The position numbers and the translations under genes are program-made. A model generated the notes under the pieces. That model saw only the letters and a program-made list of their open reading frames with translations, ran no database searches and was not told the DNA's origin. A stretch of DNA of 17,880 nt, from IMG/VR virus record IMGVR_UViG_3300031994_000655, positions 1-17,880 of that record; one strand, 5' to 3'. The stretch's first letter is position 1; every line of letters begins with the position of its first letter. Below are positions 8,401 through 14,832 of the stretch, piece after piece. This stretch comes from a virus.

Positions 8401-10749
8401 ATGCAATACGATTCAGATTACGAAGTAAGGTTGGCAACCCTTGCAGCCTTAGGTGGTAACACGGGTGTCACATACGATTCTGTATACGAGATTGACCTCG
8501 AAATCCTCCGCCTCACCGAACAAGGTGGGGGCGGTGGAGGCACAGGTACGTCCATCGACGATACAGTTACATCTACAACCAAGACCTGGAGTTCAAGCAA
8601 AATCAACAACGAACTTGCTGGCAAACAGGGTGCACTGACGGCTGGTGACAATATCACCATTACCAACGGTGTTATCTCTGCTACAGGCGGTGGTGCGGAC
8701 ATCGACGATACAGTTACATCTACAACCAAGACATGGAGTTCAAGCAAGATTAGCGGTGAACTCGACGGCAAGCAAGAGACCCTCACCGCAGGTACCAACA
8801 TTACCATCTCCAACAACGTTATCAGCGCCCAGCAGCCTGATTTGAGTGGTTATGCCACGAAGGACGAACTAACTGGTTATGCGACAGTCGAAAGTTTAAC
8901 GAACGGGTTAGCGCAAAAGCAAAATACGCTTACGGCTGGCACAAATGTAACGATACAGGACGGCGTTATTAGCGCTACTGATACGACATACACGGCAGGT
9001 AACGGTATATCCATCAACAACGGTGAGATTTCAGCAAATCTGACAGGTTACGCTACCAGCGAGGACCTGAATAACGGCCTTTCGTTCAAACAAGACACTC
9101 TGACGGCTGGTACTGGCATTAACCTCGTTAACTCAGTTATCTCTGCCGAGTCGGAAATCGACGACCTACACGCTGGTTCTGCAACTACCTACTCATCCAA
9201 CAAGATTATCGAGTTGACTCAGGGCCTTGGCTTCGACGTTGAGATAGTTCAGGCGCTTCCGCAGACAGGCGACGCACAGACCATCTACATGCTTCCGAAG
9301 GCTGACTCAGCGGCTACAGACGTGTATGACGAGTACATCTACACGAATAACGCCTGGGAGAAGATTGGTAACACGCAGACAGACCTCAGTCAGTACTACA
9401 CCAAGTCCGAGACGGATACGCTGCTTAACGGAAAACAGACCACGCTGACCGCTGGTACTGGCATCCAGATTGTCGATAACGTTATCTCTGCAACAGGTGG
9501 AGGCGGAACAGCGTTGTATGCTGGCACTAACATAAGCATCGTTGACAACAAGATTAACGCAAACGGATACAACTGGACTACTCATACGTATTATAAGCAA
9601 TTCAAGGTAGATTATGGCCTCAACACTGGTACACATGTTTTATTGGGATTTTCTAATTCATTCCCTTATACTGGATCCAGTTACACGTATTATAACCCAT
9701 ACGGAAGTGTAGCCATCGGTGTAAAGAATACTCTTGGTTATTCGTTTAATTCAGGTTCACAAATGTCCAGATGGTCAGCAATCGCAATGGGTTACAGCAA
9801 CTACGCTAGAGAAAAATCGTCTGTTGCGATAGGTACAGGATGTTTAACTGATGTTTGCGGGCAAGTTTCTATTGGTGCATTCAACGCAACACACGGAAGC
9901 GGTAATGATGACATGAAGACGTTTGAGTCAAGTGCAACAACTCTTATCGCATTTGGTGCTGGTACGTGCAATGGACTCCCATATACAAGGCCTGATAGTA
10001 GTAATATAAGCGGTATAAGTCGTAAAAATGCCATGGAGATTATGCGTAATGGTGACATCTACGTATACGGCGCAGGTGGATACGATGGTAAAAACCTCTC
10101 TGGTTCTACCCTCCAGCAACTCCTTGCAGGTGGAGGCGGAGGTGGCCAGTCTCTGAGTGCAGGTACGAACATCAGCATCCAGAACGACCTTATCAACGCG
10201 CTTGGCTATGAGTACGACTCTACGCTTAACGCAGTTAAGATTGGTGAAGGTCTGAACGCTTCTGGTAACAACTCAGTTATCGTTGGTCAGTACAACCGCA
10301 GTCGTACGACCTCTTCGGGTGATACTATCTTCGCGATAGGTGTAGGTACTGGAACTGACAACGCAAACCGCGTCAACGCTATCGAGACCCTTAGCAACGG
10401 TAAGACCTATGTCAACGGTGTAGGTGGTTACACGGGCCAAGGTATGGCTAACACTAAGCCGTTGGACGAGGTTATCAACGAGATTAGCACAGTTGCTAAC
10501 GCTGCGGCTACGATTGACGACTCAGCATCGTCTTCTACAAATGTCTATAGTTCTCAGAAGGTAGACCAGTTGCTGTCAGGTAAGCAAGCATCGCTTACCG
10601 CTGGAAATAACATTACCATCAGCAATAACACGATTAGCGCGGCTGGTAACGTTGCATCCACAAGCGTGTTTACCATCTGGTCTGGAACACAGGCACAGTA
10701 CGACGCCCTTTCGAGCCACAGCAACGACGTTCTTTACCTGATTAAGTAA
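8401..10749 (+). CDS. tail fibre / adhesin-like protein with YadA-head-like repeats
   Basis: 782 aa. There are nine copies of the same LTAG-NITI-NVISA unit and four IDDxxxxxxxxx[WY]SSxK motifs. Other elements are GGGGGG linkers, an LPQTGDAQTIYML..EYIYTNNAWEKIG block, and SVAIG/AIAMG/QVSIG repeats (about nt 9700-9900) reminiscent of trimeric-autotransporter head repeats. Confidence 0.8.
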   Translation: MQYDSDYEVRLATLAALGGNTGVTYDSVYEIDLEILRLTEQGGGGGGTGTSIDDTVTSTTKTWSSSKINNELAGKQGALTAGDNITITNGVISATGGGADIDDTVTSTTKTWSSSKISGELDGKQETLTAGTNITISNNVISAQQPDLSGYATKDELTGYATVESLTNGLAQKQNTLTAGTNVTIQDGVISATDTTYTAGNGISINNGEISANLTGYATSEDLNNGLSFKQDTLTAGTGINLVNSVISAESEIDDLHAGSATTYSSNKIIELTQGLGFDVEIVQALPQTGDAQTIYMLPKADSAATDVYDEYIYTNNAWEKIGNTQTDLSQYYTKSETDTLLNGKQTTLTAGTGIQIVDNVISATGGGGTALYAGTNISIVDNKINANGYNWTTHTYYKQFKVDYGLNTGTHVLLGFSNSFPYTGSSYTYYNPYGSVAIGVKNTLGYSFNSGSQMSRWSAIAMGYSNYAREKSSVAIGTGCLTDVCGQVSIGAFNATHGSGNDDMKTFESSATTLIAFGAGTCNGLPYTRPDSSNISGISRKNAMEIMRNGDIYVYGAGGYDGKNLSGSTLQQLLAGGGGGGQSLSAGTNISIQNDLINALGYEYDSTLNAVKIGEGLNASGNNSVIVGQYNRSRTTSSGDTIFAIGVGTGTDNANRVNAIETLSNGKTYVNGVGGYTGQGMANTKPLDEVINEISTVANAAATIDDSASSSTNVYSSQKVDQLLSGKQASLTAGNNITISNNTISAAGNVASTSVFTIWSGTQAQYDALSSHSNDVLYLIK
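8554..8747 (+). repeat. near-identical 47-nt direct repeat inside the second fibre gene
   Basis: atcgacgatacagttacatctacaaccaagacNtggagttcaagcaa occurs at 8554-8600 and 8701-8747 (46/47 identical, offset 147 nt = 49 codons). Both copies encode IDDTVTSTTKTWSSSK. Confidence 0.9.
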
Positions 10750-10758
10750 TTTACAGCC

Positions 10759-11652
10759 ATGATAGCATTAGGAAGTACATCATTATCAAAAATCTATTTG
10801 GGTAACACTGAGGTGGTGAAAGCCTACCTCGGTGCAACCCAGATATGGCCTATTGTATCATTCAATGATGCTGTCCGCTTTACGTCAGACAAAGGTATAT
10901 CTAGCGTTGGATTCTCAAATCTGCCGTCCAACTATTCGGCTGAGTACTCTCTCAACAGCGGTGCTACCTGGAATACGTTTGAGTCAACTACTTCTATTGC
11001 CTTGAGCCAGGGCCAGTCCGTGTATGTCAGAGGAACGTTGACTAATCCATCAACGTCGTCTACAGTGCACATGACTATAACTGGAAACGTATCAGCGCAT
11101 GGTAATGCCAATAGGCTGATTGATTACGGAAACGAGAGTGATACCACTCTTCCTGGAAATGACGCATTCTATTATTTCTTTGGAGGATGCGACGGTTTGG
11201 TTGACGCTTCGGACCTGACATTACCAGCGACGACTCTTACAGCAAGGTGCTACAAGAACATGTTCAGTGGCTGTGAAAACCTAATGTACGGACCTGCCAC
11301 TCTTCCTGCTACGCATCTGACTGATGAGTGTTACTCGTTGATGTTCGCGTCGGATGATTCATTGCTTGAAAGTCCAGTAATAGTTGATAACTCAACGCAT
11401 TCTGGTGAACGTCATGCTTACGGAATGTTCAGAGGATGTTACTCTATCGGAAAAGTAACGTGCTTATGGCATCATCCGTACCAAACCTCTGGAACAGAAG
11501 ACCCGTGGACGACTGACTGGCTTGGTGCAGACGCTGGAACACAGGCTACCAATCCTACGTTGTATCAAAATCCGAACATTACAAAGGAATGGACAGCCAA
11601 TTCGGCGAATGGTTATCCTAGCGGTTGGACATTGCGTGACTATCAATCATAA
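10759..11652 (+). CDS. BspA/LRR_5-like repeat protein, probable distal tail or receptor-binding component
   Basis: 297 aa. The N-terminal KIYLGNTEVVKAYLGATQIWP motif is common in phage fibre-associated proteins. Repeated LPATxLTxxCYxxMFxxCxxL units (TLPATTLTARCYKNMFSGCENL, TLPATHLTDECYSLMFASDDSL, AYGMFRGCYSIGKV) resemble BspA-type leucine-rich repeats. Confidence 0.55.
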   Translation: MIALGSTSLSKIYLGNTEVVKAYLGATQIWPIVSFNDAVRFTSDKGISSVGFSNLPSNYSAEYSLNSGATWNTFESTTSIALSQGQSVYVRGTLTNPSTSSTVHMTITGNVSAHGNANRLIDYGNESDTTLPGNDAFYYFFGGCDGLVDASDLTLPATTLTARCYKNMFSGCENLMYGPATLPATHLTDECYSLMFASDDSLLESPVIVDNSTHSGERHAYGMFRGCYSIGKVTCLWHHPYQTSGTEDPWTTDWLGADAGTQATNPTLYQNPNITKEWTANSANGYPSGWTLRDYQS

Positions 11653-11658
11653 GGCATC

Positions 11659-11682
11659 GGAGGGTGTCTTATGACACTCTCC
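11659..11682 (+). terminator. stem-loop closing the structural operon
   Basis: GGAGGGTGTC (11659-11668), loop TTAT, GACACTCTCC (11673-11682). This is a 10-bp stem with one G-U and no clear U-tract. Confidence 0.4.
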
Positions 11683-11710
11683 AGCCATTTAATAGAAAGG
11701 AAACTAGAAT

Positions 11711-11965
11711 ATGAAAAAGGAGACTGTAGATGCGATGCGACTGGGTATTGTCTGGGTCGCAGCGATTATTGCCTTTCTTGTCGGTATCGCCCTGGTCATA
11801 GCGGGTTTCGCAGTCCCTCCGACTGGGGTTATTGACGGAACGGTGTTAACTGCGCTAGGAGAATTGCTGACGTTCTTTGGATCCGTATTCGGCATTGCTG
11901 AGTTCACCAAGGTACAGATGGCAAGGATTAAGAATGCTGCGAGTGTGGGACAAGATGAAGCGTAA
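11711..11965 (+). CDS. holin-like two-TM membrane protein
   Basis: 84 aa with two hydrophobic helices (LGIVWVAAIIAFLVGIALVIAGFAV and VLTALGELLTFFGSVFGIAEF) and a charged C-terminus. It lies directly upstream of a spanin-like gene at the end of the late operon. Confidence 0.5.
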   Translation: MKKETVDAMRLGIVWVAAIIAFLVGIALVIAGFAVPPTGVIDGTVLTALGELLTFFGSVFGIAEFTKVQMARIKNAASVGQDEA

Positions 11966-12040
11966 AGAAAGAAATTGGATTTGAGAGGGGGAAATGGGTT
12001 TGGCCTATCTCTCCCTCCATTTTATAAAAAGAAGCGCTGT

Positions 12041-12520
12041 ATGAAGAGATTTTGGGCCTTTGTGGCCATTCTATTCATCCTTACAGGATGTGCAACGAAG
12101 AAATACGTCGACAAGAGTGTCATTGAGAACCATGTGGACAGCACATCGGTTGCCTCCAGCGTGACTCATAACGACGTTACGGAGACGACTGACAACGACA
12201 AGGTGAAGACGATAGTCATTACTGAGTACGTGACGGTGTATGATACCATTACGAAGTCCTATCCAGTGAAGAGTGTTACTGAGATACGCGAGGAAGACAG
12301 AAGCAAGGTGGTTAAGGAAGACAAGTCTGTATCCGCAGACTCTACGGCCACCGCTGTCGCCTCGGACAACTCGGTTAAGAACGACGTTACGGAAGAGAAG
12401 AAACAGAACGCCTCCAGTTACTGGTGGGTGTTTGTTCTCGGAATGGCGGTTATGCTGATACTCATCCTGGCCGTCAAACTCGGCTTAAAGTACGTCAAGG
12501 CGCACATCGGTATGGTATAA
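12041..12520 (+). CDS. lipoprotein with C-terminal transmembrane anchor (unimolecular-spanin-like)
   Basis: The internal ATG at 12041 gives MKRFWAFVAILFILTGC, a signal peptide with an L-T-G-C lipobox. The C-terminus YWWVFVLGMAVMLILILAVKLGL is a TM helix. The track start at 11975 adds 22 non-signal residues and is unlikely. Confidence 0.5.
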   Translation: MKRFWAFVAILFILTGCATKKYVDKSVIENHVDSTSVASSVTHNDVTETTDNDKVKTIVITEYVTVYDTITKSYPVKSVTEIREEDRSKVVKEDKSVSADSTATAVASDNSVKNDVTEEKKQNASSYWWVFVLGMAVMLILILAVKLGLKYVKAHIGMV

Positions 12521-12527
12521 AACAACA

Positions 12528-12551
12528 ATAGAGGCCCGTAGAGGCCCCTAT
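12528..12551 (-). terminator. stem-loop at the convergent junction, likely terminator of the minus-strand operon
   Basis: ATAGAGGCC (12528-12536) pairs with GGCCCCTAT (12543-12551), with one A-C mismatch and loop CGTAGA. On the minus strand it is followed by TTGTTGTTTT. Confidence 0.4.
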
Positions 12552-12661
12552 CGTGCGTTCTGGATGGACTTCTCATTTAGACAGTATAATTTATCGTCTG
12601 AGTGCAGTAAGTCCTTCCAGAACGCGTTTCTTTGAATTTGCTTCCCTATTGGAATGGGCAT
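12548..12661 (-). CDS. possible 37-aa micro-ORF
   Basis: ATG at 12661 (MPIPIGKQIQRNAFWKDLLHSDDKLYCLNEKSIQNAR). It is the last ORF before the junction hairpin. The longer track version (12548..12745) would overlap the upstream gene. Weak call. Confidence 0.25.
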   Translation of the reverse strand: MPIPIGKQIQRNAFWKDLLHSDDKLYCLNEKSIQNAR

Positions 12662-12713
12662 CAAAATCAGATATGGGTCTTGGTAGTGTAGTTGACCACC
12701 CAGGCCATTTTCG

Positions 12714-12974
12714 TTATTTCTTTGCCCGTTGTAAGCGTTCTGCAATAGCAGCCTTCTGTTCCTCGCTGAGAACCCTCGGTGTACGGTATGGATTCTTACC
12801 TAAGCGGAAGGGCCACAGGAAGCACTTGGTGCAGTTGCATTCCTCTACATCTTTGTCGCTTCCCGCGCAGCAATCCCATTTGCATTTGGCCCTGATGGCC
12901 TTAACTGGGTTCTGGTAGTACTGGAAGTTGCCGTTTTCGTCTGTGAATTGGTCTTCGTAATGTAGTTTTGACAT
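12714..12974 (-). CDS. small Cys-rich (zinc-ribbon-like) protein
   Basis: 86 aa with KCKWDCCAGSDKDVEECNCTKCFLWPFRLGKNPYR. This Cys cluster followed by an [FY]R.GKNP motif recurs in small phage and plasmid proteins of unknown function, as recalled. Confidence 0.7.
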   Translation of the reverse strand: MSKLHYEDQFTDENGNFQYYQNPVKAIRAKCKWDCCAGSDKDVEECNCTKCFLWPFRLGKNPYRTPRVLSEEQKAAIAERLQRAKK

Positions 12975-13108
12975 AGTTGTGATGTATTAGTGGTTAATAA
13001 ATCCGTTTGTTGCCGTTTCTTGCCCATTCCTAGCGCATCTCAGCGCATGAACGGTGTTGAGTGGCACAATCCTCCACCCGACTTGCGTTCGTGTCTTAGA
13101 ACGCAGTT

Positions 13109-13294
13109 TTATAGGCCGAGTTTCAATTTGAGTTGGTTCAGCATCCGTTCCTTAATCAGCGCGTCTTCGTCTATTGCCGCGAGTCCAGGGTGGTATGCTG
13201 TCTGCACCTCAATGGTGATGCGTTTGTCTGTTGCTTCGATTTCGTCATGGTACTCGGTGAAGGTTAGTACCATGGTCTTGTGCTTGAATTCCAT
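13109..13294 (-). CDS. hypothetical small protein (61 aa)
   Basis: ATG ORF in the same orientation and tight spacing as its neighbours, with balanced composition. Confidence 0.55.
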   Translation of the reverse strand: MEFKHKTMVLTFTEYHDEIEATDKRITIEVQTAYHPGLAAIDEDALIKERMLNQLKLKLGL

Positions 13295-13322
13295 TGTGTC
13301 TCATTGTGTTCTTCGATTTAGG

Positions 13323-13511
13323 TTAGTACTCTCTTCTAGGTTCTCTGAGGGTGTACGGGCATTGTGTTTTGAGTTCCCAGGCCTGTCGGTAGACGCTGAT
13401 GAGTTCTCTCTGTATGGTAGCCGCAGCCTCTTCCAGGTTCTTGATGCGTGTGCATAGTTGGTTGTAGGCAACCTGGTAGTCCTTTTCGGTTACTAGTGGT
13501 GTGTTCATCAT
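13323..13511 (-). CDS. hypothetical small protein (62 aa)
   Basis: ATGATG start 6 nt after the stop of the upstream micro-gene, with a helical-looking sequence (YNQLCTRIKNLEEAAATIQRELISVYRQAWELK). Confidence 0.55.
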   Translation of the reverse strand: MMNTPLVTEKDYQVAYNQLCTRIKNLEEAAATIQRELISVYRQAWELKTQCPYTLREPRREY

Positions 13512-13517
13512 GTTCTC

Positions 13518-13685
13518 TTATTTTCCGATTAGTCCTTTCCAGTACGTAACCAGGTTCTTGTCCAGTTTCTCTGGCATAGTCTCAACGATGAAGGTGAGTC
13601 TGTCTGGGTCTCTTGTACAGTTGTACTTGCGGCTTAATCCGTTGGCAAGTGATTCCAACTGGCTTTTGCTTAATGGTGCGTTCAT
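13518..13685 (-). CDS. hypothetical small protein (55 aa, below ORF-track cutoff)
   Basis: Hand translation from ATG 13685 gives MNAPLSKSQLESLANGLSRKYNCTRDPDRLTFIVETMPEKLDKNLVTYWKGLIGK, ending at TAA 13518-13520. It fills an otherwise empty gap in the packed operon. Confidence 0.5.
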   Translation of the reverse strand: MNAPLSKSQLESLANGLSRKYNCTRDPDRLTFIVETMPEKLDKNLVTYWKGLIGK

Positions 13686-13705
13686 TTATCTAACTGTTTT
13701 AGGTT

Positions 13706-13840
13706 TTAGAGGCCAAGTAAGGCCTTGTATAGGTCCGTCAGTGCTTTCGGCGGACGTGAGTCGGCTGTGTAAACCTCAATGGCGTTCAGCCAGTCGATTG
13801 GTTGCGGACGCAGGTCCTTGGGATTGATAGCAGCCATCAT
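13706..13840 (-). CDS. hypothetical small protein (44 aa)
   Basis: Internal ATGATG start of track ORF 13706..13924 (MMAAINPKDLRPQPIDWLNAIEVYTADSRPPKALTDLYKALLGL). It overlaps the stop of the upstream 33-aa ORF in an ATGA arrangement. The alternative is the full 72-aa ORF. Confidence 0.4.
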   Translation of the reverse strand: MMAAINPKDLRPQPIDWLNAIEVYTADSRPPKALTDLYKALLGL

Positions 13841-13938
13841 GCTTTCCGTTTGCGGTTTATCTCTCGGCAGATGAGTTGCATCTCTTCCTTGTTCGCGCCG
13901 CGTGCTATGGTGGCTTCCATCCATTCGTTATGTGTCAT
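13837..13938 (-). CDS. hypothetical small protein (33 aa)
   Basis: ATG at 13938 lies 12 nt downstream of motif copy A. Hand translation gives MTHNEWMEATIARGANKEEMQLICREINRKRKA, ending at TGA 13837-13839. This reads more protein-like than the overlapping MDGSHHSTRREQGRD frame. Confidence 0.4.
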   Translation of the reverse strand: MTHNEWMEATIARGANKEEMQLICREINRKRKA

Positions 13939-13950
13939 GTCTATCGGTGT

Positions 13951-13985
13951 TCTACCTATAAATAGTATCAAAGTTGAAAAAGTGA
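13951..13985 (-). promoter_or_regulatory. conserved promoter-like motif, copy A
   Basis: The minus-sense sequence is TCACTTTTTCAACTTTGATACTATTTATAGGTAGA, 29/35 identical to copy B. It sits in the 45-nt gap between two minus-strand genes. Confidence 0.55.
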
Positions 13986-13991
13986 TTGGTA

Positions 13992-14633
13992 TTACTTGTT
14001 GTTTACCTTGCGCCAGTACATAACTACGTTCTCAGGTATGAGTTCTCCCAGTTTAACCCATGCATTGTGCCTTGCCTCATCGTCTGTTAATGTCTTTCCG
14101 TGCTTCTCGGCTAATCTGAATACTCTCTCCAAGGTGTCACACTGTTTGTGTGCTTCACAGCCTTTACTCTGCTTGTTGCCTGTGTATGCTGGATTGATGA
14201 TGATTGAGTTCTTCTCGTTGTCCTTGGCTATCTTCCTGCAATTCTCGATACTCTCGTTCAGCGCCAAGTCAGCCAGGGATACTATCATGTCTACTGGATA
14301 ACCTCCTTCAATCTCAGTAAAGCACGATGCATCAATGTACATGTTATACAGGAGTTCGTCAGGAGTAATCTCTGGCTTGATAGCACGATGTATCATTCCG
14401 TATTCAGTCAGTTTCTTTGTCCTCCATGCTATACCGTACTTGCATGTTGGGATGATGTAAGGCATTCGATAGAAGTCATTTGTGATAATTAGCCATTCCA
14501 TATCACCGAAATCGACCTTAGTCTGCTTTACTATCTCGTAGCCGCGATGTTCAAATGAAGCCATCAACTCTTCTACTGTCGGTCTTAGCATAAGACTCTC
14601 TACTAACTCTTTGTCAAATAAGTTCTTTTCCAT
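13992..14633 (-). CDS. hypothetical protein (213 aa)
   Basis: ATG at 14633 (MEKNLFDKELV). The track TTG start at 14678 lies inside the -7 box of the predicted promoter. No family was recognised. Confidence 0.7.
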   Translation of the reverse strand: MEKNLFDKELVESLMLRPTVEELMASFEHRGYEIVKQTKVDFGDMEWLIITNDFYRMPYIIPTCKYGIAWRTKKLTEYGMIHRAIKPEITPDELLYNMYIDASCFTEIEGGYPVDMIVSLADLALNESIENCRKIAKDNEKNSIIINPAYTGNKQSKGCEAHKQCDTLERVFRLAEKHGKTLTDDEARHNAWVKLGELIPENVVMYWRKVNNK

Positions 14634-14675
14634 GGTTCTATTGCTTGTTTGTGGTTTATACTTTGATTCTGGATG

Positions 14676-14706
14676 CAAAGATACTACTTTTCTATGGATC
14701 TTGCAA
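14676..14706 (-). promoter_or_regulatory. Bacteroidota-type promoter (TTGC-N19-TATCTTTG)
   Basis: The minus-sense TATCTTTG (14683-14676) matches the TAnnTTTG -7 consensus exactly. TTGC (14706-14703) lies 19 nt upstream, and the ATG at 14633 is 42 nt downstream. Confidence 0.5.
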
Positions 14707-14720
14707 GTATTTTGGTCAGT

Positions 14721-14830
14721 TTTCCGTTTTGTTCACTCATTGTTTAGTGTATCACTCTCTTCTTTATTATAGTTTATAAAGTATATACTATGTATATATC
14801 TTATAAAAATTAGAGTGAACAAAACGGAAA
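14721..14830. repeat. 18-bp perfect inverted repeat flanking a 74-bp AT-rich spacer
   Basis: tttccgttttgttcactc (14721-14738) is the exact reverse complement of gagtgaacaaaacggaaa (14813-14830). The spacer contains gtatatactatgtatatatc and ttataaaaatta. It lies immediately 3' of the replication gene stop (14833). Confidence 0.85.
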
Positions 14831-14832
14831 GT

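Noticed and set aside
8525-8540. G-rich tracts encoding GGGGGG linkers (also 10129-10146) as possible slippage or phase-variation sites
   Set aside because: These are not homopolymeric at the DNA level (ggtgggggcggtggagg), so slipped-strand frameshifting is unlikely.
6359-10749. Diversity-generating retroelement (template/variable repeat) explanation for the fibre DNA repeats
   Set aside because: No reverse transcriptase gene is in the window. The repeats are in-frame protein repeats, their differences are not adenine-specific, and there is no C-terminal lectin-like variable region paired with a non-coding template.
13085-13104. Hairpin GCGTTC-N8-GAACGC followed by TTTT on the + strand
   Set aside because: It looks like a terminator only for the + strand, where nothing is transcribed convergently at this point. 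On the minus strand it lacks a U-tract. It may be an RNA-stability element in the 134-nt gap, but there is no further support.
12553-13457. Plus-strand ORFs 12553..12918 (121 aa) and 12990..13457 (155 aa)
   Set aside because: They are antisense to a tightly packed series of plausible minus-strand genes, are Ser/Arg/Leu-rich, and have no leader or promoter features.
13706-13924. Single 72-aa ORF as given by the track
   Set aside because: The N-terminal 28 residues (MDGSHHSTRREQGRDATHLPRDKPQTES) look non-protein-like. A 33-aa ORF in another frame starts 12 nt after motif A and ends in an ATGA overlap with the internal ATGATG start. I split it into two genes, with modest confidence.
14634-14678. 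TTG-initiated N-terminal extension of the 213-aa gene, and the analogous alternative starts at 1784 (GTG), 3871 (TTG), 11975 (TTG) and 33 (TTG)
   Set aside because: Each extension overlaps a promoter box, a stem-loop, the preceding gene, or an open frame reaching the window edge. In each case a downstream ATG with the typical A/C-rich leader, or a proper signal peptide, is available.
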